Assembly: GCA_043228905.1 (NCBI GenBank)
Contig: JBHGNT010000015.1
Coordinates: 4,526,001-4,590,000, forward strand
DNA from: Azolla caroliniana
Lineage: Eukaryota; Plantae; Polypodiophyta
Direction: 5' to 3'
DNA: 64,000 bases
The notes below the pieces were generated by a model, which saw only the letters and a program-made list of their open reading frames with translations, made no database searches and had not been told where the DNA came from. Position numbers and translations under genes: made by a program. This document shows, in pieces, positions 47,339 through 60,867 of this stretch. Within the stretch, counting starts at the first letter, position 1. Each line of letters begins with the position of its first letter.

Positions 47339-48355
47339 CATGCACCAATCGTTTATCAAAAAACACAGGAACTTTTGCCAACAATGCACTTCGATGTTCC
47401 GGTGAACATAATACTACATTATAAAACCCTCGTGGTCCTGCATATATATTCTTAGCACAATTTGGTGACACGATTGTGTTCAACCATTGTTCAATCCAAT
47501 TAATGTATGGGAGTTTCCCGGTAAAAAATAATATAACTTCGCGATCATAGAATACATCAAAAGATTGCAACACTGCCTTAGCATCAACTTCCACATCATG
47601 CACATCCTCATCAATGCATTCTTTCACTGTATTTTCATTTTCTTCCACAATATCAAACAACAAGGTATTGGCAATTCCCCATAAATTATCTCAATTACAA
47701 TGATCTTTGTCAACCTCATCTACATGTATTACTTTGGCATATGTCAAATTTTTCTCATTAATCTCCTCAATACCCTTAAACCTCTTAGAGCTTCGAATGT
47801 CTTCCCTTTCACGATTACATTCAACCATCACATTACTCTTTTTTGGATCAATTGTTTCCATATCGATGTCCCCCACAATTTGTGAGGAATTCATGTTTAT
47901 ATCCATTATTCTTGATGCGATATCGATCTGGGATAAAAACAATTTTCCATGAACAAGAGAGACAACCAGAACTCACTCAATTGAAGAGGTCGAAGATGAT
48001 GAAAACAATAGAAGACATGTCGCAATGTGTGTTGAGTATGTGGATGCCAACAACACAAGATTCCTTATTTCTATCACTGCTTCTCGTACAGACCACCAAA
48101 TTTAACTTGCTATATCTCGTTACGAAGCTCTAATTGAGAGCTTTATAGCGCTTATCTTTGTGCCCAATTCCGAGCATAGCAATAGAAACAAATTCGCACC
48201 TTTCTTCCTCCCCTCTTCACTCTCTCCATCTCTCTCCCTCTATCACACACACAGACACACACAGAGATTTACTCAAAAATAACAACCAAAAAATAAAACA
48301 GAGACAGAGAGACAGAGAGTCCCTCTGCTCCTCCTCCTCTTGTTGTTTCCTGGCG

Positions 48356-51212
48356 ATGAATTCCTCTGCTACCACGTGCCGTGAAGGTGACTGGAGGTGT
48401 GACGGCTGCCAGAACAAGAACTATGCCTTCAGATCCTTCTGTAATCGATGTAAACAGCCGAGGCTCCTCGTCGACTCCAAGACCCCCTCTGATTCCAAAT
48501 GGCTACCTCGTATTGGCGACTGGATCTGCGCTGGTTCAATTCTTTATATCTCTCTCTCTCTCTTTATTTGCTGCAGATTTATATTCTGTTAATAATGGGA
48601 AATGGGGAAATCCTCCCATCGCTCCAATAGCTTTGTCTTTTTACTAACCTCCACGTGACTGGTTAATTTGTTATTACTTTAGAATTTTTTTCTATGTGCA
48701 TCAAATACACTATAGACGTGTTGCATTTATACTTAAGATCTATTGCAGACTTGTGCATTTAAACGATAAGGCGTATTGTTTAATAGCTCATAGGTAATGC
48801 ATAAATGTACTCTATACTTTTTTATGCATAAGTTTTTGTTGTATCTTGCTCCGTATCCGAGACGCATAAGATGGATAAGGTCACTGTTATGAATTCTCTA
48901 TAGTAAGAGCACACGTTCGCTTTGGTTGGAGTGTCTAGAAGATATATTATATATGTGCATATTAGGTTTTTGTTGTGAAAAAGAGCATTTATTCATGGTG
49001 GGTGAAATTAAGGCACTGAAACTAACATGTCATTCATAACTTTTATGAGGTTGTTTTGAAATTTTTTGAATTATATTTCTCCACTTGCTTTCTATCGTAT
49101 GTTTTCTTGCATAGAACAATTAGCACAGATGTGTAAGTACTGAAAGGATTCTAGTAGTAGCTATCCCATATGTATTACAAATTCATACTGATGTAGAACC
49201 TCAAACGATAGGCCATACCTCTCACAAAATTTATTTTCATGTATGTGCAACTTCTTTATTTTGTTGCTATGTTGCCTTTTTAGTGCTACTGTGGGGTTCC
49301 TGTGTGATGGGTGTGTGTGTGTGTGTGTATGTGGTTGGAACTTGGGTGTGTGGATATGGTGATTGGCATTCGGGGGTGTGTATTGGGTGCGTGGATATGC
49401 ATATCTTTATGGAATACAAAAGGATGCAGCAACAACAATTATGCTTCAAGAGAGAAATGCAACAAATGTGGTACTCCCAAGGAGTTTGCGGCTTTACCAG
49501 CAATGGCACTACCAGGCGCAGCTATGGCAGCACCAACATTTACCTATGATTCATTGCGAGGTTCTGGAGTGCTAGGTTTAGGTCTAAACTCTGGAACAAC
49601 ACTATTACATAGCTCCCAGTCTAGTTGGCCTTTCAGTAGTAGCACTTTGTTGGGTGGTGGTGGTACCTTAGGTGGTAACAATCTAAGCTGGCGGCAAGGA
49701 GACTGGGTTTGCATGTGTGGCTTTCACAACTACTCTTCCCGATCCATGGTGAATGGCTCATGACTATTCCCCATGAAATTTTGTAGTTTATGCTTAGGAA
49801 GTGGTAATGTAATCTAACTACCTTTATTCTGTGTATGGCAGTGTAAGCAATGCCAGCGATCGATGCAGGCATCAAATTTAAGTTCAGCCTTGCAACCGGG
49901 CTTGTCACTTTCTGCAAGCAGTCTTTCATTACTGCAAGCTGCATCAGCCATGTCGGGTATGTCGGGTATGTCTGCTACGTTCTTAGATATCTGGATGGGT
50001 GCATGTAGTGCCGGGGTTAATGTGAAAATCTCCTACAAAGAGATTGGACCTCCAGCATGAACAGGTTCTCAATAGGGTCTTGCCTTATGTGAAAGGCCTG
50101 TACTAAGAAATTGGACCTCCAACATATGAACGCAACTTTCTCAATGTCCAGCCTAATGGAAAAGGCATGTAACCTTAGCTCTCCGACTAAGGTGAAAGAC
50201 CTCTACTAACAGATTGGAAATCCACCATCTTGCTTCTTCTTTGGTATATTCGAGGTTTAAACTCTTAGCACAGGCCATTCACATCAGGCCAGTCATGGCA
50301 GACGCCCACTGGATATTTAGGGATGTCACATTGTTCTTCAGAGGGGCTGGACTTCTATAATGTTTGAATCAGAGACAAGAGTAGAACTAAAGCTGTTATA
50401 AAATTTCTGGTTGTAGGCGTGGGTGTAAAACGATCCGCAATCGATGAAATGGGAAATGATCTAAAACGTTTCCATGGAACTGATTATACACATTTTCAGG
50501 TAAGAAATTTGCCAATTGAGCTCAGGAAATGTCCTTTGAATCCTGAAAGCCCCTTTTTTCTGTACCCGTAAGGTAATACTAAGGTCTGTCTTTCCCTCTA
50601 GAATCAACTGTCAACTCTCGGAATCTTGCCACTATCCGGGTCTTCTTTCGAGATTGCCGAGTCTTCAAATGGGTCTCTATCAAACTCACAATTGCAACCA
50701 CCAACACAAATACCTGGATTGACACTTATTCCCGCAATTGTTGGCAAAGGGTCGGTAACTTTCCTGTGTGCCCACTGGCCACCTTTTTTGTGATCAGCTT
50801 ATAACCAGATTTGTTCCAGTTGTCTTTGCATTTGATACAAAATCAACATGTAAAGCATCCTTGTACAACTCACTTGTGTATATGCAATGCTAGAGCAATG
50901 ATCTCTTTTTAAATCAATTAGGAAGCTTACACTTATTTTTAAGCCATGGGGATCTTGAACAATGTTATGATGCTTTCAGTGCAAAGCAATGGCGGTCTGG
51001 AGATTGGATGTGTGGAGGTTGCAATAATCACAACTTTGCATCTCGGGAGACTTGTAATCGGTAGGTTATTTTAATGCTCAGCCCATTTGTGACCACTTTG
51101 TGCTTGTAAAATGGTTCTAGTTATGTCTCCCATTTCATGATAATTTTACTGATGTGATTTAAGGTGTGGTGGGAAAAGGGATTCAATGTCTCAACTATTA
51201 TCAGTTGCTTGA
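48356..51212 (+). CDS. RanBP2-type zinc-finger RNA-binding protein, four fingers (Arabidopsis At2g17975/SRP1-like), 7 exons
   Basis: Exons 48356-48533, 49423-49748, 49842-49956, 50417-50499, 50602-50750, 50980-51060, 51164-51212, all GT-AG and phase-consistent. Fingers REGDWRCDGCQNKNYAFRSFCNRC, IGDWICAGCSNNNYASREKCNKC, QGDWVCMCGFHNYSSRSMCKQC, SGDWMCGGCNNHNFASRETCNRC. Confidence 0.92.
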
Positions 51213-52858
51213 AGCTCAGGACTTTCGCTGCACATCTATACATGCTCATTGGTCACTAATGTAGTTTGCCACGATCATTGATCGTTGCTTGTAAACTGAT
51301 GAATGATGAGACTTAGAAAAGTACTACATGAACTTATTGGAATTGATGCAATGCTGAATGGATCTATTATTTTAATGCAACAATTCTTCTGTTGAAGTTA
51401 TACAAGTATTCAACTTTTATTTATCATTTTCGTAATAGTGGTAACCCATTTCATTTAGCAATCCATCCACTTGCATGGTCAAAAATGCCTCTTTAACTAA
51501 TTGTATTAGTTTCCATGTTGAATTGCTGATTATAGGTAGGGTTAGAACACATGACCCTATCTCTGCAAGAGAAGGTTGCCAACTGGCCTACATCCCACAA
51601 ATTCAGTCTAGAAGATACAAGTCTTGATATGTTATTTGGTCATAGACAATAGCTTTCACACACGTCACAGAGGTTATGCAATGCATTTCGTTGATTTTTG
51701 TGACTTCAACACACTAGTTTTACTAATCTTCATCTAGCAAAAATTGTCAAAATGATGTGAAATGACACCCTTGTGTTGAAATTATTATTGCCTTACTCAT
51801 GATGTAGAAAAATTCATTTCTAAAATGTCATTATCTTTGTAGAATGGATGGATCACATGTTTGTGCTGGATTCAAGCTGCCATTTTAAGCACAAATATAC
51901 ATTTGAATGTCGTAAATATACTCAAGCAGCTCTCAATTAGTGACATACATACAAATTGGAGTAGGGATGCCTATACATGTGATTTATGTTTGACCACAAC
52001 TGCCTTGTTTATTGAAGGATGAGTAAAAAAATGATATTATTGTGTTATTGCAAGATTGGAAATACCTTATTTACTGAAGGTCATGCGGTGGAAAAAACAT
52101 ATAGTAGGACATTATATTATGTATTCTGGCCCCAAAGGAAATGGAGAATTTTTTACCCATTAATGGGGAACCATTGCCTTTTAGAGCAATGATTGCATCC
52201 TTAGAACAGAATCTTAAGTCTCATCAAAGTTGCCTTTAACGGTATTGAAATGATATTGAAATATAACCAATCTACTTTACAAATTTGCTTTCAATTCCTA
52301 TGTAAATAATGTTTACGTTTTCACCGCTTGCAAATATCAGAAAGTATTGGCCTGATGAAAGAACGGATCAACCCCAAAAGGATCTCAATTGTGTGTACAC
52401 AAATGAAGGCAAAATAGCTCAGAGGCTTGTACCGATGACTTGAATGACTAAGAAAGGTACCTACTTTCATATGCGTAACTGTAAACTCATATATGCTGCT
52501 CAAAGCTAGCCTTCCCTACGGAAATTGGATGCATAGAAAGTTGTATAGTCTTTGGATGCATACCTAGACAATCAGTTGGACAAATACAAGACAATCAGTT
52601 TGGGAACCACTCAAAATTGGATTGCAAGAATTCCCTTGTCAAGGTATAAGTATACGTATTCAGCCAGAAGCTTTACAATTATGCAATTGCAACTCAGAAT
52701 ATTTCTTAGCACTACCTCTGTTCTTCATTGCTCAGAATCCTGGAAAAACATTCCTTGAGTTTCTTCAAGTTATTAATACTGATATCACATCCCTAGACAA
52801 GTAATGCCATCTCTTTGTAATCCATATTTATAGCAAAGAAAAAAGCTCGGATGTATCA

Positions 52859-55800
52859 TCAAATTGCATTCGGACGTTGAGGAAGTAGAAGGTTATAAAA
52901 TTCACTACTCAAGAAGAACTCTTCCCCCTTAGAAGAGACTGCTTTCTTCCACCCACACCATCCACCACCAAATATGCTTTTCAAGTCCTCACCTCCTGTA
53001 TAATGTGGGTCCAATATAAGAAAAGCACAATCTCCAGTCATATCATTGTAATCCACACCCAAAAGTGTGTATGCAAGTACTCCACCACCTGATTTGTCAA
53101 ATCACAAAATAGCAATAAAATAGAAAGCCAAAAACTGTCCTTGATTGATATACAAAGAGATTACAAAGTCAATTTGAGGTTTTAATGCGCATCCTCCCAT
53201 ACCTATCATGACAGGGGTTCCTTGTGTCTCAAAATGAAGTGCGAGTTCCCGGCATTTTTCAGGAAGTTCAGATCCTGATCTTACATTCAAAATTTTACAA
53301 TTCACCTGCAGATAACCACAAACATGACTCTAGAATATCACGATCAAGACTTCTAATCATGCCTGCTAAGCATCTGCCATACATGACACTCCCACACACG
53401 TCAACCGTGTAAGCAAAGACATTTGTAACCAAGGCGAAAACGAAGAAAAAGACGAGGGAAACTCAAGAAATACTTGGATGTGGAAAGGCCAAAAACAATG
53501 AAAAGACTATAAAGTCACTTTTGACCTTTTAGGACACTTGTTCTTGGATCTCCTCATTCCTCTAGACCTAGAGCTTTCTTCATCAAACCTTTCTCTCTAA
53601 CTCTCCAAGCCTATTCCTTCTCTAGCCTAAACATTCAGACTTAAGTACCCCATCTTAAGAAGTTGGACTAAGTTGTATGAGATGTTATGACAATATCACA
53701 AAAGGTGGAAAATCTACATAAATTTGAAAAGATTACCAAAAAAGGGAAAACTTACACCAAGTAGATGATCAAGGACAAAGCTCAATTCAATTGCCCCAAT
53801 CCATTTCTGAGATCCAATAAAAGTAGAAGCTTTATCTCCAATTTCAACAAGCACCTCTTGTATTTTCCTGCATTCATATACCATTAGATAAGCATTGGCA
53901 CAAATCTAAATAGCTCTCCATAAACTTTCCTAAATGGCAGATAACCTGCCCTCATCAAACGTCCTAAATAAAACTTCATAAGAATAATCAAACATTGAAT
54001 GAGAAGCACAAATCAGAAAAGTCTATTTACTCGTGTCAAAGTGTGTGTTTAACAATAGCCTATTATACCATAGTAACCAAGGTTATTAACTGACTTTAAA
54101 CGAGTAGTTTTGTAAGTTCATAATCAAATATCAAATGATGTACATATGTCATGGATGTAAATAACTTGCATACGCACTTATGGGTTGGCACATCAACAGC
54201 AGTATAATGTTGGAACCTGAACCAAGAGATTATTGTCTGTAAGGAGCGGTATGCACACCCCCAACCCTGTTCAAAAAATTATAGTGAAATTCAATCAAAT
54301 GGATTAACTTGTTTTGATAATTAACAATAAGAGCATTTAGATTCATCTCTTCATGATCCAAGACCCAATAAAAAGAACACCAATGGAAAACTAACATTGT
54401 CATTTATGTTGTCTTGAAGATAATGATAATATTCATAAGATCCCTGAATCGTACTCACATGCCCTCCAACAACTGATAGAATAATACAAATTACTTAATC
54501 AAGACACGAACTTTAGAAAGACCATTATAGAAAACAATGGAATCTGAACTTACCTCCTGAGCTTTTCTGTAAACTACTGTGGACATTAGATAGCCGGAAC
54601 TTACCTATATAAATTGAGCAGGTTCATTTCAATAACAATTACCATACAATAAAAACCCAACCTATGCAAACTATTCAATTAGCATAATTTCATGTGAGCC
54701 CGACTTAACTGATTCCTGGGTCATCAAAGGACTTCTAATGTTGTTCAGCTCGTCAGTGTAAAATAAAGCAAGCAAATAGTCATCTTTCCTTTAGAAAGGT
54801 TCACTATAAATGTACTGTGACATTTTAAATATTTCACGTGTTTGGGGTAGTATCAACAGAAATAATAAATGTCAGTTAAGGTTAAACCAACACCAATCCG
54901 TTTTTTTTTATATACATACTTTAAAAGATTGCTGAAATTTTTTTTGTACCTTGGTTTTCAAATGTGGTTTTCTAGATGGGTGGGTACTTATCTTACGGCG
55001 AACCAAAAAGGTTTGGTGCAATTAAGAAACTAATATTAAGAACTGGTAAGGTAGAGATAGATTCAGAAGCAATCACTTTCTCGCAAACGGAATCTCATTG
55101 ATAGGGAAATCTTATACAGTTTCGTATTTCGTGGTACAAAAAAAGGATCGAACGAGTCAATGGCGAGCCGTATGAAAATCAAATTCATGTACGGTTCTGC
55201 ATTAGAGGCGGCAACTAGAGCGATGCTGTCAACTATCCTTATCCGGTAGTTTGAGTACGGTCGATAAAGTTGAAACGCAATCCAAATATGGTTTCTTGGG
55301 GTGGAATCTGTGGCGGCAGCCCATAGGTTTTATAGCGTTCTTCATTGCATCACTGGCAGAATGTGAAAGACTACCATTCGATCTACCAGAGGCGGAGGAG
55401 GAACTGGTGGCAGGTTAGACTTTTCACAGGTTTTCCTCACAACAACGTAAATTAAGATGCTGCAGTTACTCTGGCCAACATTGACTGGAAAATTCATTGT
55501 TTTTCTCCACAGAAAACACATGAATTAGACAAAAACCACTAGTACTGAATCAAATGCACAAAGTTATTTCATGGTAAGGCCAAGTGATTTTATTGTAGCA
55601 TTAAGGATATAAAGTGAGCAGAACTAGAAACAGAATAAAACATTGACTACTTAAAAGCACTTTATCAACAAACCATAATTACATAGTTAAAATAGTTATG
55701 AAGAGACCTTGCAGTGTACTATCTCGTTCATTATGTAGTTCCATAAAAGTCAGTGATGTTGCTATACGAAGTAAGGGCCGATCCATGGGTAAGCCTAGCC

Positions 55801-58800
55801 TGTAATGCAATGCTCGCCTATGTTCTACTGCATAAACCAATGATATAGCTTGATATAAGATTTTGCCATAAAACAAGACTATTTACAAAACACTAAAACA
55901 ATAACAAAAAAATTTGAACATGGTAGAAAAATCTACAAGAAAAGATGCTGACCAGTCTTGAGTTCTGATTCACCATAACTAATATCATAGATGCATGACA
56001 TTGGATGAATAAAACCCGGAGGACAAAAGTGGTATGAGCACAACTGTATTACACATTATTGTGCAGTAAGCATAAGTAAACAAGAAAATTTAAAACGGTT
56101 ACAAAATATATATATCTTCTACATATATGAGACCAGAAAGTCGGTGTAGTGCGGAATAAGAAAGAGAAGAGGGAGAGGGATACAAAATGATAAAAAATAG
56201 TTAAAACATGTGAATAGAACATGAAAATATACACTGCTTGAGAAGTCCACCTCAAGTAGCATAGATTTTGTCAAATACTTCGTGCACCAAGTACATCAGC
56301 CACTGCATTTCAATTTCTATTACTTCTCTGATGACAGGAAAACATATTCACAAAAAAACCTTGCACTAATCTATGCTATGAATCATGCAATCACATGAAA
56401 CTAATCTCCTAAGAACTTCATTCAGAAATGTACATATTACAAATAAAGTATATACACTTCAAATCTTTCGTGACCATTAGAAGACAATAATAGCATAGGC
56501 ATACATTATAGACCTTTTGTAGGATATATCAAAGTATCTTGAGCTCTCACGCCAATGTGTTCTTACATTAAGATTGGCAACTTTCTCCTGATGTTTGTAG
56601 GTTCATATTGACAATTGTTTTTAAAAAATTATAGTATTTTACATTCTAATCTTTTAGGTTGCTACAATTTGCAGAGAGATTTGGAACATATTTTGTAAGA
56701 GTGTTATTGGAGTATTATCAGTAAGAGTGGTGCTATGGTCTTCTAATATTCTGTTTCCTACTTGTAGGATGTATAGACACATTGCTGAAATTATAATCCA
56801 TTTTCTCTACAGAATTGTGGATCCACCATTTCAACGGCTGGATAACATTTGTACATGCAATGGGTGTTTAGCTTTATGGATTTCATAACCATATTCATCA
56901 TGGTCTATCTCCCTTTATAGGGTTTCCGAAGAGTGTACCCTTAAATAATTTGGAAAAACTTCCCCATAAAAAAACTTTGTAGGTTTTCACATCACATTGA
57001 GACTCCCCACTAGTACCATAATTCTAATTAATCATTATATTGAAGAGATTAACACAAGATAGATATGCAGAACCATTATAAAACATCAACAAATAAGTTA
57101 GAGACGTTGCCTTTGTGTGTTCTGAGAGTTCTCGAAATACCACATCTTTCATTGCCAACAGCTGATTAGCCAATGCAGGCAAAACAAGGGATGCAATGGC
57201 ATCGTATAATAAAATCTGGTGATGTGTGACGCAAATAGCATCAATATTTAGATTCAACACCCTCACTATTGCCTTCCCTGTAATTGTGAAACACAAAATG
57301 GGAACAAATGTAGCTATAGTTATGGTGTATAGACAAAAATCTAGTTTAGAAACTGTTGGATAGCTTGAGAGATATGCATATGAACTAGGAAATTTCATTA
57401 AATATCTCTCATACCAGGCAAATATTCGACGCAAGGAGCCACGACCTTTCCCTTTCCATTTGACCGGTCAAGCATGACAGTTATCTTGATTGGGGATGGT
57501 ATCTATACATGCCATAATAGAAGAAAATAAGAAAAGGAACAACATATAATGCTGATTTCCATTGGCAATGTTTAGATTGGTTCCAGTACATACACTGGTG
57601 TCAGACATAAGAAATAAGATCCTCAAAGCCAAGATTTAGCAGGTTCAAACTTTCTTGCATATTTTTTAATATCATTCAAAGTAAGAAAGTATTAAAGTAG
57701 CCTTCACAAATTTAGGAATCAGAACAGTGGAAATAAAAGTTTTTTTAATTTCAGATTTGAATCCAATCAAACATCCGTAACAATTAAGCTTAAGTCGTGA
57801 TGTCATCAAAGTTATTCATCTATGACTAAGGATACCTAATTGATAATTAGAAAGTATTTCATTATCTCTAGAAGTTAAATGAAAACCACCAACATTGAAT
57901 CAAGTTCTAGAGGTTCACTTAGTTAGCATGATATCTATCTGTTCTAATAGGAATTGACGACTCAATTCTAGTCAACCTCTATTATTAATTTGAAATATTT
58001 GACTTCTAAAATCATATTTAAAATTTCTAAACACTTTTATGAAGCTAAAAGACCAGTACCCTGCATTTATTCAATTGAATAGCGTACATATCCTTCTATC
58101 TGATTGCTATTAATTACTTGATATAGACTGTCACATTCCTTGATATAGACGGTTATTCAAATCATTATTTATCATCCACTTGGCACTAACCACCTAGTAA
58201 TTTGATCAATGAATCCTAGCACACAAAAGGTTCATAGGTAAAGAATCACCTCCACATGAATTTTGATGCTAATAAGAATATTGATAATGTGTTAACCATA
58301 ACTATTTGCCCAATGGATAAACATAAAATATTCTAACCAAACATATAAATGTAAGGTGACGGCGGTACTCACAAGGCACTTCAGTGAAGTCATGCCTTTT
58401 AGAATAAACATGTAGGAAAAAGAAATTGTGTATATTCTAAAGATGATGTTATGATTGAAATCCACACGTTGATGAAGTTTTCTTGGCTGATACACAAATA
58501 ACAAGTGAATAGAAGCGAAAGAGCTCCAACAAACCAAGTGAATAGGTGGATCCGTGACATGGAAGGCTATCTGGAGCAGTGTTGTATGAGGGCACGAACA
58601 TTGGTGGACTTAGTGGGTCGGTACATCAAGGATGATGCCTACAACTGGTACCTTTTGGTGGAGAGGAGGTACCTTTCGAAGGCTAGGAAGATTTCAAGCA
58701 GAGGAGGGAATATTTCATCCCACCAAACAAGCCTTTGAGACTCAGGGATGAAAGGAGAGCTTTAACTCAAGTTTGGGAAACTTAAGAGTTATATTTCTAA

Positions 58801-60867
58801 GTATAGGAAGCTTACGTTACAAATAACTAGCATGGATGATTTTGATAGGTTGCACGGGTTGCAGCCTTTGGTGAGGAAGGAGGTGGAAAAGATTGAACCT
58901 GCAAACCTAAAGGAGGCGATCCAAATAGCGGAGCGTGTGGGCAATTGGGAGGCCGCCCAACACAAGCAAGATGCCTTGGAGAAAGGAGGCATTTCAAGAT
59001 TGGGCCTCCAAGGAAGAAACAAAGCATTGAGCATCCCAATTAAAAGCAAGGCACGAATCACTCCCTCGACGGTTTTCAAAAGCAAGAAGGGAAGGCAGAG
59101 GGACCCCTCAAAGAATCCCAGAGAAAATTATCGAGAGTGGTTCGAATAAGGTGTGCTCGACCAATGCAAAGTGCAAAGATGGAAGAAAGGCCTCAGAGAA
59201 TCTTAGAGCGTGGGACTGAGACTAAGCTAAGCTCAACCAAGGTGATTGAGAAGCAAAGACAGAAGAACTCCTTCGAAGGATCCAGCACGGTTCAAGTGAG
59301 CCAAGCCCAGGGAACACGGAGGACTTCCATCTACTTATAAGGCAAGTAAATGCCGAAAGTTCATGGAGGATAGAAGCAACAAGGGTCATAAGTTCAGATA
59401 TTTGGATAGTCAATTGTTGGAAGTGGTCCACACAGCCAGAACTAGGTAGGGGATGATTTCTCAAGATAAGAAACTGTGTTCCCCATATGGACACCAAAAA
59501 CTGCCAAATGACAGTGGTCTCTGTGATATATGAAATCTCTTCAGATTTGTGATGTGGAACAGAACCAAAAGATATGAATGGCTTTACCAATCCAACCAAA
59601 GGATTCATATATATCATTGTGGTGCAGAAAGCCAAAGACATATGAGAGCGTTCTCCAAATTTCATGGATTTCTATACACTGCCTAATAAGAACCATAGAC
59701 ACATTACCTATCACAGAAAACTGTAGAGAAACATAGTGCATATCTATAGCACATGAATATGTATATAAGTAAACATCAGATTTGGAAGTGCCAATTACTT
59801 ACTTGTGTACCATGAGGCGTTGTAACATACTCAGTACAAAAATCTGAGCACCGCAAAGATTCAGTTTCACCATTATTAATTAGCTTCACTATATTACATA
59901 TAGTCTTCTTGGATGACTTAGCCAACCCCTCAATGAGACCAACTAAACTATCACTTTTCAAGTCCTCCAAAACACCATCAAACGTTGTTGATAATTGTGC
60001 TTTATAATCTAAATCAAGAAGCAACCCTAATGAGGTGCTGGTATTCATTGTGATAACTGTAGATATATAGTTTGTCAATCAAATAAGAAAAATTCACCTG
60101 AAGGGTTGTTAAAGGATTCTGCATATATAGGTATGTTTAACTTCATTTTGCATTGTAAAAGGTGCATGGTTTTCCATAGGTAACCACTAGAGTCTTCAAC
60201 ATAAATAACCTCTTCAAATTCTTCAATTTTCTCATCCTTCTTGTTCTTATGATAGTAGTAAAATCTTGGGCCAGGCTCCAAGGATGCAATAATTACTCCA
60301 AGAGGTTGTTTAGAACTCATTTGGACTGCCAATTGAAAGGCCAAATTTCCACACTCCTTCAGCTTTTCAAGATCACCTTCTCCATTCACAGCTATTCCAA
60401 CCACTTCTAGGCCTTTGGGAAGAAGGACACGGATCTCATCTTCATATACGAAATTTCAAAAATAACAAACCAATAAATAAATGAACGAAAAGTTGTTGAA
60501 AGAAAGGAAAAAGGAACAGTAATGAAAGAAATTTTAAGGGGGCGAATTCGAGATGAAACTCAGCAAAGTTTTGGAAGCTAGGTATTGGAAACAAGAAAAC
60601 AGATCCACAAAAGGTGATCTTCTGAATGTAATCAAATCTTCCAGGAGAGATGAGAATGGAGGTTTTAGTTTGGTGGGATGAGAAACTAATACCTGCTTCA
60701 ACTGTCAGATCAGGATCTCTCTGTTGGAGGATTGATAAGATGCTGAAGGGCATGAATTGAGAACCCACAAGCCATTGAATCCCTTCCTTTACTTCAAAAC
60801 TGTTCCTTCTTACCAAGACCTCGATAGATTTCCTCATCTCTGCTACCATGCTAGATCGCAATGTCAT
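52859..60867 (-). CDS. UFSP2: Ufm1-specific protease (peptidase C78), ~616 aa, 13 exons
   Basis: Exons 60867-60693, 60439-60098, 60008-59803, 57502-57415, 57277-57111, 56043-55953, 55827-55708, 54604-54554, 54472-54396, 54266-54178, 53867-53756, 53305-53203, 53088-52859 (sum 1851 nt). Motifs YEYYHYLQD, catalytic [27 protein letters not shown]. 5' exon boundaries are less certain. Confidence 0.92.
54950..55417 (+). pseudogene. ndhA: Plastid DNA insertion (NUPT): 3' end of ndhA group II intron plus start of exon 2
   Basis: Group II domain V gagccgtatgaaaatcaaattcatgtacggttc 55165-55197, then [58 protein letters not shown]. Left boundary approximate. Confidence 0.92.
58505..59150 (+). mobile_element. 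Degenerate Ty3/Gypsy gag fragment in UFSP2 intron 3
   Basis: [50 protein letters not shown] capsid-like motifs with frameshifts. Confidence 0.7.

Larger units (their letters stand above)
40490..48130 (-). mobile_element. Near full-length degenerate L1-type LINE (ORF1 + EN + RT) with three nested insertions
   Basis: ORF1 remnants with CFGCGEWGHFMMEC; endonuclease GIYAPN, MGDFN, WLDRMY; RT KSPGWDGL, LDLEKAYDHVNW; C-terminal Trp-rich region. Ends approximate. Confidence 0.88.
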
